Shown: positions 8,126 through 18,969, counted from the stretch's first letter. The stretch: DNA of 29,929 nucleotides from Promethearchaeota archaeon Loki_b31 (GCA_005222975.1 NJBI01000043.1:1-29929); one strand, 5' to 3'. A program made the numbers and translations. Notes: generated from the sequence alone by a model not told the origin.

Positions 8126-8773
8126 TTAGATTTTCAAAGATTTCTTTGTTAATATTTCTACCTTTATCTTGGAATCCTTTTTTGCCATAAGTTCCCTAAA
8201 TGGGTTTAAATCCTTTTCCCAATTATGCATTGGAACTACTATTTCAGGTTGGATATCTAATGCCGCATCAGTAGCTTCTTCAAAATCCATAGTATATGTC
8301 CCTCCACATGGTAATAAAGCGACCGTTATTTTTCTGCTAGCTAATTCTTTCATCTCAGGGATTCTTTCCGTATCACCCGCATGATAAACACTTTTACCTG
8401 CCGATTCTATTATCGTTCCAACCCAATTATTGCTTTTTGGATGAGTACCTTTTTTTATAGTATATGCCGGAAAAAGCTCGATTGTAAAATCTTTGTATGC
8501 GAATTCTTCCCCAATTTCTAGAGCTTGCCCATCAAATTTTAATAAACTGTCAGCTATACTAACAGGACCTAATAAAATTGTATCATCTTTCCATATCTTC
8601 TTAATATCTGACCTTGAAAAATGATCACCGTGGCTGTGGGAAGAAACTATAATATCAGCATTTTCTTCACCATTTTTAATATTGTATGGATCTAAATATA
8701 TTATCCTTCCACTAAACATCTTTATTTTAAAACTAGCATGTCCTAACCAAAAAATTTCCATTTGAGCATCCAT
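8126..8773 (-). CDS. Metallo-beta-lactamase-fold hydrolase
   Basis: WLGHASF, SHSHGDH, YHAGDT and PMH. Confidence 0.93.
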   Translation of the reverse strand: MDAQMEIFWLGHASFKIKMFSGRIIYLDPYNIKNGEENADIIVSSHSHGDHFSRSDIKKIWKDDTILLGPVSIADSLLKFDGQALEIGEEFAYKDFTIELFPAYTIKKGTHPKSNNWVGTIIESAGKSVYHAGDTERIPEMKELASRKITVALLPCGGTYTMDFEEATDAALDIQPEIVVPMHNWEKDLNPFRELMAKKDSKIKVEILTKKSLKI

Positions 8774-8954
8774 TAATATTACCTCTAAATATTTTTAAAT
8801 TTAATCTAAGTTGTTAGATAAAATAAATGATTTAATAGATTATAACTCTTCCTTGAAAAACATACTAATCATCTTTTAAATGAATTGAAAATATTAATAT
8901 GGATGCATATTTTTCAATAATTATTCAAATTTATATACCCAAATTGAAAGAAAG

Positions 8955-9455
8955 ATGAATTTAACGAGAGAAGATTTAATTCAGTCAGATGCTACAATGA
9001 ATCAAATGCGAAACATGGTATATTATTTAGAACGCTTCATGAAAATCAATGATGTTTCTGAAATAAGAGAAAAACTTAGAAGAATGGGTCGAAATATTGC
9101 CCATACTTATATGAATTATTGGAAACCAATTGATTTTGTAAATTTAACTAACATGAGAGATGTTATTTCAACGATTTACAAAAAGATTTTAAACAGCACT
9201 GTTTCAGTAGAACTTGATGAGATTGAGAAGGTAATTAGGGTTAAGGATAATGATTGCTCTTTGTGCAAATATCCATTTAACGATATCGAAGTTGCGGGAT
9301 GTGAAATAATTGCAGCAATGATTTCAGAATTTATCTCTCTAATTAATAATGAAAAATCGTTAATAATATTACAACCAATTGATATTCACGAATCTCGAAC
9401 GTTTGGAAATAAATCTTGTCTTCATAGTTTTAAATACACTGAAGGAGGCACTTAA
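8955..9455 (+). CDS. V4R / TRAPP Bet3-like domain protein
   Basis: LRRMGRNIA helix (Bet3-like), CSLC, GCEIIAAMISEF and ESRTFGNKSC. Confidence 0.65.
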   Translation: MNLTREDLIQSDATMNQMRNMVYYLERFMKINDVSEIREKLRRMGRNIAHTYMNYWKPIDFVNLTNMRDVISTIYKKILNSTVSVELDEIEKVIRVKDNDCSLCKYPFNDIEVAGCEIIAAMISEFISLINNEKSLIILQPIDIHESRTFGNKSCLHSFKYTEGGT

Positions 9456-9457
9456 TT

Positions 9458-10933
9458 ATGGGAGCAGTTCAATGGCTATTAAAAAAGGTTACTAAGGTAT
9501 TTGGTAGGAACACTAATTCTTTATTTTACGTTCTTCTTTACCGTGAAATACTAAAAGAGATAAATGAAATTACGAAAAATGAAGAAGATAGCGTGATTAT
9601 TCTTCGAGAAATCGGAAAACAAGCAGCAACAGAATCCTGTGAACGTCATACTGCAGTTTTTAAGTGGATGCCTGGTAGTCCAAAAAAAATAGTTGAATAT
9701 TTTGAACTCTTGTGGGTAGTTGTTTTTGGGAAGGAATTAGAGGAGGGGGACTTAACATACCAAGAAATTCCAAAAGAAGGCTCAAAATATAATGATTATA
9801 TAATTAAAATAAAAAGCTGTCCACTTTGTGCGGGATATGGGTTAGATAATGAAGATACTTTTAATTTTCAAAAGGTAAAAAGTAAAGATAGCGAAGGATT
9901 TGCTTGCGGTTTAACGGGAATGTTAGAGAGCGTTGCTAATTTCATACTTAAAATTAAAAGAAACGATTATCGAATTAACATAGTAGAACAGAAATGTATT
10001 GCAAAAGGAGAAGAATCCCTTCAATTTACATGTAAAATATATGACACTATTGAATGGAAAAATCTAATGAGTACTCGAATTCAAGATAAAATTAAATCTG
10101 GCGTCAATTTTGAAGAGAGTTTGGAAGACGAAGTCGTTCAAGAAACTAAATTAGACATCATAGATAAACTTCAGGAAGTACTATCTTTGGATAAAATTGA
10201 GGAATTACTCGATGAACCATTAGAAGGTATTAAAGAAAAAGTTGCTGAGATAATAGAAGATAAATTAAACATGGAGCCCGAACATTTCTTCAATTACTTT
10301 AAAGATTACGAGGACGATATGATAAGAATTATAGGATTTCTCTCAGTTCACCTCCTTAACGAATATGGGGGAATAATTGAAAAAATTCTCGAAAATGACA
10401 CTTTTGCTAAAATTTCGGGATATCTTTTTAAACAGCTTAGAGAATTTACGCTATTATTCGTACCCATTGATGTAATAAACGATTATCACCAATTATTAGT
10501 AAATTTTCTTGACGGTTTAGCTCCAGCTGAAATGGTTGACAACGTAAAACAATTTTCGGGGAAGGACGATATTAATTTTCTTTTTGAAGGTGCCCAAATG
10601 GCACTTGAAAATTTAGGTATTGACTTTTCAGAACTAAAAGATAATGTTTGGGAAGAATTAAGAAAAGAAAGAGAAGATGGTTTAATTTCCTCAGATCAGT
10701 CAATGATGGAAAAAACCGAAGAAAATATCCCAAAACTTATTAAATTTATGCAAGAAATCTTAATGCTATTCAGCGATATTTTAACTCTCCCTATAAGAGT
10801 ATTAATTTCTGAAGGCCATTATGGTCTGAAAACAGCTATAAATTCGGTTGTATCTGAAGAAGAAGGGCTGTTTGGTAGTATAAAAGACAGAATTGATACG
10901 ATTTTTGATTATGTTCAAGAAATAAGGCAATAA
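9458..10933 (+). CDS. V4R-domain protein with a long acidic helical C-terminal region
   Basis: LREIGKQAA, SCPLC, ACGLTGMLES and EQKCIAKGEESLQF. GGAGG at 9444-9448, 2 nt gap after the upstream gene. Confidence 0.75.
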   Translation: MGAVQWLLKKVTKVFGRNTNSLFYVLLYREILKEINEITKNEEDSVIILREIGKQAATESCERHTAVFKWMPGSPKKIVEYFELLWVVVFGKELEEGDLTYQEIPKEGSKYNDYIIKIKSCPLCAGYGLDNEDTFNFQKVKSKDSEGFACGLTGMLESVANFILKIKRNDYRINIVEQKCIAKGEESLQFTCKIYDTIEWKNLMSTRIQDKIKSGVNFEESLEDEVVQETKLDIIDKLQEVLSLDKIEELLDEPLEGIKEKVAEIIEDKLNMEPEHFFNYFKDYEDDMIRIIGFLSVHLLNEYGGIIEKILENDTFAKISGYLFKQLREFTLLFVPIDVINDYHQLLVNFLDGLAPAEMVDNVKQFSGKDDINFLFEGAQMALENLGIDFSELKDNVWEELRKEREDGLISSDQSMMEKTEENIPKLIKFMQEILMLFSDILTLPIRVLISEGHYGLKTAINSVVSEEEGLFGSIKDRIDTIFDYVQEIRQ

Positions 10934-10966
10934 TTAAAGAAAATTAAAAAAAAAAAAAATTAAATT

Positions 10967-11680
10967 TTAGGATTTTAATCCTAAATACATCCACAAAGCA
11001 AAAGTCATCATTACTCCTCGAACGAATCCGATCGCTATACCAGGGGGAACTATTGAATCTAATGCTCCACAAACCACAAATATAGTAAAACCTAATCCTA
11101 AGTAAATGAATTTTTTTCTCAAATCTCCAGTTGCTTGTTTGGCTTTTATAAAAAAACCAATACCAAGTAAAATTAATGCAGCAAGAAGAAACAACGCAAT
11201 CATTAAAAATGTAGGATGCGTTCTGATAAAACTCGCATCTATCAAATCCTCACCGGGCAAAAATCCTGGATCAGTGAAAACATTCCATGTAAAAGAAGCG
11301 TCTGTTTGAAACCATAAAAAGTACTCAAAAACTATTCCTAATACTATAAATATTCCAACAATCACCCATTTTCTCTTTGGAAACATTAACGATCCGCCAA
11401 GATACATTGCTACTACTAACACAGGAGCAACCCAGAGATAACTCAGAAGGGAATATAATTGAGTTGGTTCAATATTTGTATGATAGAAAAAAACTAAGAT
11501 AAAATCTATAAAAGGTCCCAACCACAAGAAACCAACAAAAAACATTGTCAAACCAGCCCAACCTAATAATTTCGCTCCTAACTTTCTCGCTCGATAAAAT
11601 GATAATAAACCAAAGATAGTTGAGGATAGGATTATTCCCGATGCTGTAATACCATCAAGCAATCCAAAAACAGATACCAT
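10967..11680 (-). CDS. Polytopic membrane protein (about 7 TM)
   Basis: 237 aa with about seven hydrophobic segments and no soluble domain. Confidence 0.8.
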   Translation of the reverse strand: MVSVFGLLDGITASGIILSSTIFGLLSFYRARKLGAKLLGWAGLTMFFVGFLWLGPFIDFILVFFYHTNIEPTQLYSLLSYLWVAPVLVVAMYLGGSLMFPKRKWVIVGIFIVLGIVFEYFLWFQTDASFTWNVFTDPGFLPGEDLIDASFIRTHPTFLMIALFLLAALILLGIGFFIKAKQATGDLRKKFIYLGLGFTIFVVCGALDSIVPPGIAIGFVRGVMMTFALWMYLGLKS

Positions 11681-11934
11681 TTTAATATCACATTTTTTTT
11701 TAATTAATATTTAAATTGTATATATTATATTGTGGCTTTTGTATTTATAACTATAATTATTTCTTGATTGAATTCAACCTTTTTTTCTTATTAAAAAGAT
11801 TAATTACTATTTCATTCAAAATAATCCTTTATTTTATAAAAATCGATAATTTATATAGCAAATTGATATAAATTAATATTAAAATTTAATTCTATAAATT
11901 CAACAAAAACTATCTAAATTTTAGAGTTTTTATT

Positions 11935-14529
11935 ATGAGAAATCTAACAAAAAAAGCAGTAACAAAACTGTCAGTTTTTATTCCGCTTACTATCATATTA
12001 ATGACTATCTTTTCGTTGCCCTTAATGGGGATACCCCCATTAGGGGATCTCCTATTTCCTGGAAACGGAGTATGGAAAGTTCCAGGAGAGCTTCCAGCGG
12101 CAGAACGGTTAAATATTCAGGGTTTAAGAGGGGAAGTAACAGTTATACGGGATGAATGGGGCATACCTCATATTTATGCTTCTTATGAGGAAGATCTCTT
12201 TTTTGCTCAAGGTTATTGTCATGCTCAGGATAGACTCTTCCAAATGGATATGACACGTCGCCAAGTACGAGGAAAGTTGTCAGAAGTACTAGGAGAGGAT
12301 TTATTAACTGTAGATAAATTCATGCTTGCTATTGGAATGGAAGATTGGGCAATTAAAACCGACGAATTGTTTAGGAAAATGCATAATAATGGAACGCTTG
12401 AATTCTTTAGTTCATTTGAAAGGTATGTAGATGGAATTAATTACTACATTGGGTCGCACAAAGATGTTAAACCATTAGAATATCATTTATTGGGCTTCGA
12501 ACCTACTGAATGGAGTACTATTGATACTTTATGTTTAGTTCAAGAAATGGCTAGGCAAATGTCTTGGAATTATCATGATTTGGATAGATACACCACTCTA
12601 CTTGCCTTGAATAATATTAATCTTACTTATTATAACGAATTATATGGACTTACTTTACCGTACCAAATTCCTATTGTCCCTGACTACGGAGAATTCCCAG
12701 AAAGTCCAATGAAAGCTGGGTTTGAATTAAATCCTAGTTTTGCTTTAAAAACCGAAATTCAGAACTTCCTAGATAATGTCCAAAAAATAGATTCGGAGAA
12801 AACCTTGATGGAAAACCAAAAAGATCAAATAATTGGTTCAAACAATTGGGTTGTAAATGGTACTTTAAGCAATACCGGCGCACCAATCCTATGCAACGAT
12901 ATGCACCTTGGTTGGATGATGCCCGGAGTATGGTATGAGCAGCATTTAAAAGCTGAAGATACTGGATTTCATGTATATGGATTTATAATACCCGGAATGC
13001 CTGGTGTTGCCGTAGGTCATAACGAAAGAGTCGGTTGGGGGTTTACCAACACAGGATATGATGTTTTAGATTGGTACTATTATAACACAGACGGACCAAA
13101 TCAATACATTTACAACGGGACTTCAACACCATATACTGAAAAAAGTTATAGCATTAATGTTAAAGGTCAAGAATCTGTAGAGTTCACTGTTAGACATACT
13201 GTTCACGGACCTGTGTTAAGTGATTTACGTGATTTTGGAATGCCTCAATCTTTAGGAGATATAGTATTAGCACCAAAATGGACTGCTAACGGTTATTTCT
13301 TCAATATACTTGCAGGTAATGGTTTCGATCGAGCGGAAAATAGAGAAGATTTCGATGAAGCTTCAAAATACTGGACACTCCTCGCGCAAAATATCGTTTA
13401 TGCCGATGTCGATGGAAATATTGCGATTAGACCAACAGGAAAAGTTCCAATTCGAGACGATTCTAAAATTCCATTGGGACATCTCGGTAACGGAACTCTT
13501 CCATATAACGGCTCCAATGGGGAAGGAGAATGGATTGGGTATATACCTTTCGAGGATTTGCCTAATTCTCTAAATCCAGATCAGAAATATTTTGTTTCCG
13601 CCAATCAAATCGTTGCAGGACCAGAGTATAATAGCTATTTCTTACAGAATGAATACGCAGATGGATATAGAGCTAGAAGGATCAATGAACTTCTTATAAA
13701 TACTCCTGATGGATCTATTAGCGTTGAAATCATGAAAACCATCCAAACTGATGTGAATTCAACAGCTGCGAGAGCCTTCATTCCAGAGTTAATTGAAGTA
13801 ATATACGCTTCTTATGGTCCTATACCTCCTACGAAAATCAATAATGTTCTCACAAAATTAGAAAGTTGGCAATTTGTAATGGATAAAGAAAAAGCTGCAC
13901 CAACTATTTACCGAAAGTGGAGAGACTATTTCCAAGATTTTACTTTTAATGATGAAAAGGAAACGTATAATTTTACTGCACAGACAAGAATAGTGGTATT
14001 GGAATATTTAATGAAAGAAAACAAATCTTCCCATTGGTTTGATAATGTTTCTACACCATTGAAAATCGAGACTAGAAACGAAACAATGATGCTAGCATTA
14101 GACGCCACAATCGACTGGTTAGAAAGTTTTTATGGCTCTGACGACCCATCAACTTGGCGGTGGGGCGATCTACATCAACTTTATTTTTCCTCTCTTACGG
14201 GGTTAGATCCATTAAGTAAAGGACCTTATGAAGCTGATGGAGAAGGGTACACAATCAATCCGGCTAGAGTAAATATTGACAATGGTGTTGGAATCGCGAG
14301 AGGTGGAGCATCTGAACGCTTAATTATAGACTTTAGCAACCTAAATAACTCTTTAAGCGTTATTCCATCGGGGCAACGAGGGCTTTCAAACTCAAAACAT
14401 TATTCAGATCAACTAGAACAACTGTTCTTGCAAGGAAAATACCACTATCAATATTTTACGAATACATTATATAACTTTCCTACTAGTTCAATTGAATCTC
14501 AATTATTTTTCTTTCCAACAGGAGGTTAA
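11935..14529 (+). CDS. Penicillin acylase family Ntn-hydrolase (S45), N-terminally anchored or secreted
   Basis: RDEWGIPHIYA, AQGYCHAQDRLFQMD, GSNNWVV (N-terminal nucleophile Ser), NDMHL and PSGQRG. Hydrophobic N-terminus. Confidence 0.95.
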   Translation: MRNLTKKAVTKLSVFIPLTIILMTIFSLPLMGIPPLGDLLFPGNGVWKVPGELPAAERLNIQGLRGEVTVIRDEWGIPHIYASYEEDLFFAQGYCHAQDRLFQMDMTRRQVRGKLSEVLGEDLLTVDKFMLAIGMEDWAIKTDELFRKMHNNGTLEFFSSFERYVDGINYYIGSHKDVKPLEYHLLGFEPTEWSTIDTLCLVQEMARQMSWNYHDLDRYTTLLALNNINLTYYNELYGLTLPYQIPIVPDYGEFPESPMKAGFELNPSFALKTEIQNFLDNVQKIDSEKTLMENQKDQIIGSNNWVVNGTLSNTGAPILCNDMHLGWMMPGVWYEQHLKAEDTGFHVYGFIIPGMPGVAVGHNERVGWGFTNTGYDVLDWYYYNTDGPNQYIYNGTSTPYTEKSYSINVKGQESVEFTVRHTVHGPVLSDLRDFGMPQSLGDIVLAPKWTANGYFFNILAGNGFDRAENREDFDEASKYWTLLAQNIVYADVDGNIAIRPTGKVPIRDDSKIPLGHLGNGTLPYNGSNGEGEWIGYIPFEDLPNSLNPDQKYFVSANQIVAGPEYNSYFLQNEYADGYRARRINELLINTPDGSISVEIMKTIQTDVNSTAARAFIPELIEVIYASYGPIPPTKINNVLTKLESWQFVMDKEKAAPTIYRKWRDYFQDFTFNDEKETYNFTAQTRIVVLEYLMKENKSSHWFDNVSTPLKIETRNETMMLALDATIDWLESFYGSDDPSTWRWGDLHQLYFSSLTGLDPLSKGPYEADGEGYTINPARVNIDNGVGIARGGASERLIIDFSNLNNSLSVIPSGQRGLSNSKHYSDQLEQLFLQGKYHYQYFTNTLYNFPTSSIESQLFFFPTGG

Positions 14530-14533
14530 AAAA

Positions 14534-14944
14534 ATGGAAATAGAAAGGAGAACTTTTTTCATAAGTGTAGTCGTTGTTTTATGTCTAACTATGCTATTAA
14601 CACTAGTTCCAGTTTGGCAGTTAGTCATAATTCCTGGTATTATTGCGGGAATGCTTAATAAATCGTTAAAATATGGTGTTCTAAGCGGTTTTATTGGAGT
14701 TACACTTTCGTGGGGGATTTATGTTTTAGTTGGAGTGATTACAAGAAATGTGTACATTTTACTTGACCAGTTTGGAGCGTTAATTTTTGGAGAAGGATTT
14801 GGTTGGCTAATTTTAATACTCATAATCCTTTTAGCCACTATTTTTGGCGCTTTGGGTGGCGGAATTGGCAACGGTTTCATGACTCTAATTAACGCTTACC
14901 TCGAGAAGCATCCTTATCGAGATTCAAAAACAAAACCAGAATAG
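14534..14944 (+). CDS. Small Gly-rich membrane protein (DUF5518-like)
   Basis: About four TM segments and FGALGGGIG. ATG at 14534 follows GGAGG at 14521-14525. Confidence 0.75.
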   Translation: MEIERRTFFISVVVVLCLTMLLTLVPVWQLVIIPGIIAGMLNKSLKYGVLSGFIGVTLSWGIYVLVGVITRNVYILLDQFGALIFGEGFGWLILILIILLATIFGALGGGIGNGFMTLINAYLEKHPYRDSKTKPE

Positions 14945-15087
14945 TAACATAAAGAAAATTAAACAAAATTTCTTTTTTTTCACTCATTTTGATGTTTAAT
15001 CTATCAATTTTTCAATTATTAAAATCTAGAGAAAAAGGTCGATGCAAACCGGGATTTGAAAAAAAGAATATTAATTTAACGCGTTTC

Positions 15088-15459
15088 CTAATCTAATAAA
15101 GCTGCAATTCTATTGGAAACGCTCTGGATATTTAGAAAAACCATTCCTAGGCTAGCATTAGCGCTACAAAGAGTGCATAAAATAGCATTTTCACCAGCTC
15201 TAGAGAGAATTATGATACCATTTAACCCTTCAATAAGTATTCTTTTTAATTCACCTCTCTCAAGCTCCTCAACCGCGCGCTCTGAAACGCTCTGTATAGC
15301 GGCAGACATGGCAGAAACAATCCCATCGTTTACATCCCTACTCAAAACGGAACAAATTGGAAGCCCTTGAACGCTAACTATTGCGGAGCCTTCGATATCA
15401 CTATTTACAGCCGATAATTTTCTTAATAAATCCGTGAGTTCACTGATATTCTCAGACAA
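15088..15459 (-). CDS. Roadblock/LC7 domain protein
   Basis: IEGSAIVSVQGLPI, VSAMSAAI, ELERGELKRILIEG and LGMVF. TTG start 9 nt after GGAGG. Confidence 0.93.
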   Translation of the reverse strand: MSENISELTDLLRKLSAVNSDIEGSAIVSVQGLPICSVLSRDVNDGIVSAMSAAIQSVSERAVEELERGELKRILIEGLNGIIILSRAGENAILCTLCSANASLGMVFLNIQSVSNRIAALLD

Positions 15460-15682
15460 CCATGATTGCCTCCTTTCTTTTAAACGAAGGTTTCATTAAC
15501 TAAATAATATTCTCACTCAATTACATATCAACATAGTGAGTGATAAATTATTAAGTTGTATGATATTAAAATTAACTTTATTCAATTATTAATGTTTACT
15601 TTATTTTTTTTATTTATTTTATAAAATTTGATATTGCTTATTTAAAAAATATTTTTATCAATTTTTACATTTACATATTTTA

Positions 15683-16654
15683 ATGACTGAGAATAATAAT
15701 TTGAAAAATCAATCTGAAAAAAAAAACAATAAAGAAAACGAAGAAGAAGAGAAAAAACAAAAAATCGAATCTCTTACTAAAGCTGGAAAGATTGCTCGAG
15801 AAGTAAAGAAGTACATTAAACCGCAAATACAAGTTGGAACAAAAGTGTTAAATTTAATTGAAAACACCGAGAAGAAAATCGTTGAATTAGGCGGAGGGTG
15901 GGCATTTCCCGTTAATGTTAGTATAAACAACATTGCAGCTCACTATACATCTCCGATAAAGGATGATGAACTTACGATTAAAGAAGGAGATATTGTTAAA
16001 ATCGATTTAGGCGTTCATATCGACGGATACATAGTGGACACAGCTTTTACAGTAAGTTTTAACTACGAGAAATCTCTTGAAAACATAATTCAAGCAACCG
16101 AAGTCGCTCTGGAAGCCGCAAAAATGATGGTTAAACCTAAAATCAACACGAAAGAATTGGGTAAAAAAATCGAAGGTATCGTAAAAGGGTTTAAATTTAA
16201 TCCGATAAAAGAACTTGGTGGACATCAAATTGAAAGATGGACTGTTCATGGAAAAAAAAGATTGCCAGAGTTAGGTACTCAAGGTGGTGATATAATGGAA
16301 GAAGGTGAAGTCTTTGCTATAGAAATATTTGCTTCGACGGGGGAAGGCACAGTTCATAATACCAAATATTCCTATATTTACGAATTGAACCCATATGCAG
16401 GAAGAGTACCTCTACGTAGAAAAACATCTAAACAAATTTTAGGGCACATAAATAAGAACTACAAAACGCTTCCTTTTGCAGAAAGATGGTTAGCAAAAGA
16501 TTTTAGAATGGGAGTAATGTTTGGTCTCCAAGAACTAGTTCAACAAGGAAAAATACAAGTTCATTATGTATTAGCGGAGCAAAAAGGGAAATTTATCGCT
16601 CAAAGTGAACAAACGCTTTTAATAACTGAAGATGGATTTAAACAACTAACTTAA
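15683..16654 (+). CDS. map: Methionine aminopeptidase type II
   Basis: AAHYT, KIDLGVHIDGYIVDTAFT, GGH and FAIEIF, plus the type II helical insertion. Confidence 0.96.
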   Translation: MTENNNLKNQSEKKNNKENEEEEKKQKIESLTKAGKIAREVKKYIKPQIQVGTKVLNLIENTEKKIVELGGGWAFPVNVSINNIAAHYTSPIKDDELTIKEGDIVKIDLGVHIDGYIVDTAFTVSFNYEKSLENIIQATEVALEAAKMMVKPKINTKELGKKIEGIVKGFKFNPIKELGGHQIERWTVHGKKRLPELGTQGGDIMEEGEVFAIEIFASTGEGTVHNTKYSYIYELNPYAGRVPLRRKTSKQILGHINKNYKTLPFAERWLAKDFRMGVMFGLQELVQQGKIQVHYVLAEQKGKFIAQSEQTLLITEDGFKQLT

Positions 16655-16691
16655 AAAGTTGTAACTTCAATAAAACAACGCTTGATTTTAG

Positions 16692-17801
16692 ATGAAAAAG
16701 CTAAAAATTTGTTTAGTATCATTAACAGTTTCTCCTGATAGCGCCGATGGAGAGGCAAAAGTTATCAGAGCAATTTTTGAATATCTAAAAAAGCAAGGAC
16801 ACAACGTAAAATTAATTACTGGTAAATGGAACAAAGATTTAGACAACCCGGATATAGTTCAGTTTGATTTAATTAGAAAAAGATTTTTTTGGGCTCCAAA
16901 TTTTTGTTACAAGGTAATTAAATTCTTAAGGAATAATAATTTCGACATCGTACATGCTAACAGTGCCAAAGCAGCTTTACCCATTATTTTATCTAACCAA
17001 AAAAGATTCATTTGCACGGTCCACGATTTTACTCCTTTCGAAACAAAACTTACAAGAATTCCTTTAGAAAAGTTTTTGATAAAATATGTTTCAAAAAAAG
17101 CATCTTTAATAACTACTGTTTCTAATTATGTTAAGCAAGAATTTCAATATTTTATTCCAAAAATTGATAAGAATAAAATTGTCACCATTTACAATGGCAT
17201 TGAGGAAAAGTACAATCCTTACCCTATCGAAGCTCAAAGATTAAAGGAAAAATTAAACATTAAAGGCCCCGTTTTATTGTATATCGGAAGAATTGCTCCT
17301 TATAAAGGAGTAAGTAACATAATTGAAGCTTATAGACTGGTTAAAAACGAAATTCCAAACCTTAATTTAGTTATTGGAGGTAAACCAGATTATTTGATGG
17401 AAAAAGCGTACAATAATTGGAAAATTGAAAACAAAGACATTTATTTTATGGGATATCTTCCAGAAGAAGAAGTCCCTTTTTATTACTCTATGGGAGATAT
17501 TTTTATAACTTTTTCTTCATCTTCCGAAGGATTTGGATTAACCTCGCTAGAAGCTATCTCATGTGGAACGCCTGTAATATGTTCCTCAATTTCAGTATAT
17601 CGAGAGATTCTAAAGAACCATGCTTTGTTCGTTCCTCCTAAAGATTCGAAAAAATTAGCTGAAAAAATAAAAATTCTCCTCAATGATAATGAATTAAGAA
17701 ATGAAATTGTAAAAGGCGCTCAAGGTTTTATAAAAAAATACAGTTGGGACGCGGTTGGTAAAAGATTAGAAGAAGAATATGAAAAATTTTTAACTAATTA
17801 G
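16692..17801 (+). CDS. Glycosyltransferase family 4
   Basis: DIVHAN, YIGRIAPYKG and EGFGLTSLEAISCGTPVI. Confidence 0.95.
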   Translation: MKKLKICLVSLTVSPDSADGEAKVIRAIFEYLKKQGHNVKLITGKWNKDLDNPDIVQFDLIRKRFFWAPNFCYKVIKFLRNNNFDIVHANSAKAALPIILSNQKRFICTVHDFTPFETKLTRIPLEKFLIKYVSKKASLITTVSNYVKQEFQYFIPKIDKNKIVTIYNGIEEKYNPYPIEAQRLKEKLNIKGPVLLYIGRIAPYKGVSNIIEAYRLVKNEIPNLNLVIGGKPDYLMEKAYNNWKIENKDIYFMGYLPEEEVPFYYSMGDIFITFSSSSEGFGLTSLEAISCGTPVICSSISVYREILKNHALFVPPKDSKKLAEKIKILLNDNELRNEIVKGAQGFIKKYSWDAVGKRLEEEYEKFLTN

Positions 17802-18907
17802 ATCTCTTTTATTAAATTCTCCTTTACAATTTTAAAGCAAATTTCGTTTGGGTTTTCAAATTGCATAATTTTTTTTTTAAATGAATCGTTAAATCTGTCG
17901 TGATGAGGTTTTTCAGAAAGAATTTCTATAGACTTCCCTATAATTTTTTCAGATTCTTTTATATGTTTTAAAGGGAAACCATTATTTATTAGAAAATGTT
18001 CTTGAGGGGCGGTATCTCCGGGAAAAAATTCAATGCTTGGCACATTTAATAAACTCGATTCACGAACGATCGTACCTCCACCACTGATTACTAACGCACT
18101 GAAATAACACAAATCGACCATATTCGGCATAAACCGTGTAATAATTACATTGGAATTATCAATATATTTTTTCAACTTTTTTTTCAGGTATAGTTCTTGT
18201 TTTTCTGTTCTTACAATTAAAAAATATTTAAGATTTGGAAATTGATTAAATATTGTAGGAAAGAATTGACTAATTAAAGTTTCTTCTGGTTTTAGTTTTC
18301 CTATGAAATAACTAGCAAACGAAGGTTCACTTCTAATAATTACGAATTTTCCCTTTTCTAAGTCGTTTTTTTCAAGTATGTTGGGATTAGGATCGTATTC
18401 TGAAAGCCAAGCTATCTCATCGATACCATTATATCTGATTAATCGCTCAGGATTGGCGTGGAGATGGATATACCATTCTTCTGGAACACACATCGGAGTA
18501 ATTATATGATCTAAATATGGAAATATTTGTTTACACACCGGAACATTTCGAGGCTCATCGTTATAACCTATTGAGGGAATGTTCAAACCGTAAGATATTC
18601 TAGTGCCTTCCACAGAAGAAAAAGTTACAAAATAATCTGGAGTAAATTTTATAACATATGGGTAAAGTTTAGACAAGCGATCGATGTAAGTTTTTAATTT
18701 ATCTTCCAATTTTTCACCTCCGTGCTTCCCAACTTTCTGATACTTAACATGTAGGTCGTCCAAAATTTGAAAAGTAGAATCGTAATCTCGAGCAGTAATT
18801 AAAAGTTCTGCACCTTCCTTCTGAAATTTTTTTAGAAGACGATTAAACATAATTCCCGTTTTTGGTTCTTCTATATCAATCCAAATTTTTTTGTTTAATA
18901 AACTCAT
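17798..18907 (-). CDS. DUF354 family GT-B-fold protein
   Basis: KIWIDI, ITARDY, VGKHGG, YNGIDE and GGGTIVRESSLLNVPSI. Confidence 0.85.
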   Translation of the reverse strand: MSLLNKKIWIDIEEPKTGIMFNRLLKKFQKEGAELLITARDYDSTFQILDDLHVKYQKVGKHGGEKLEDKLKTYIDRLSKLYPYVIKFTPDYFVTFSSVEGTRISYGLNIPSIGYNDEPRNVPVCKQIFPYLDHIITPMCVPEEWYIHLHANPERLIRYNGIDEIAWLSEYDPNPNILEKNDLEKGKFVIIRSEPSFASYFIGKLKPEETLISQFFPTIFNQFPNLKYFLIVRTEKQELYLKKKLKKYIDNSNVIITRFMPNMVDLCYFSALVISGGGTIVRESSLLNVPSIEFFPGDTAPQEHFLINNGFPLKHIKESEKIIGKSIEILSEKPHHDRFNDSFKKKIMQFENPNEICFKIVKENLIKEI

Positions 18908-18969
18908 CTTAAGATCAATTTTCTTAATGATAAATTGAATATTTTCATTAAATTGGAATTGTCAATTTA

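Noticed and set aside
15452-15463. Mini-ORF ATG-GTT-GTC-TGA overlapping the roadblock start
   Set aside because: SD spacing to the TTG (9 nt) matches other genes here (8-9 nt) better than spacing to this ATG (5 nt). No evidence of regulation.
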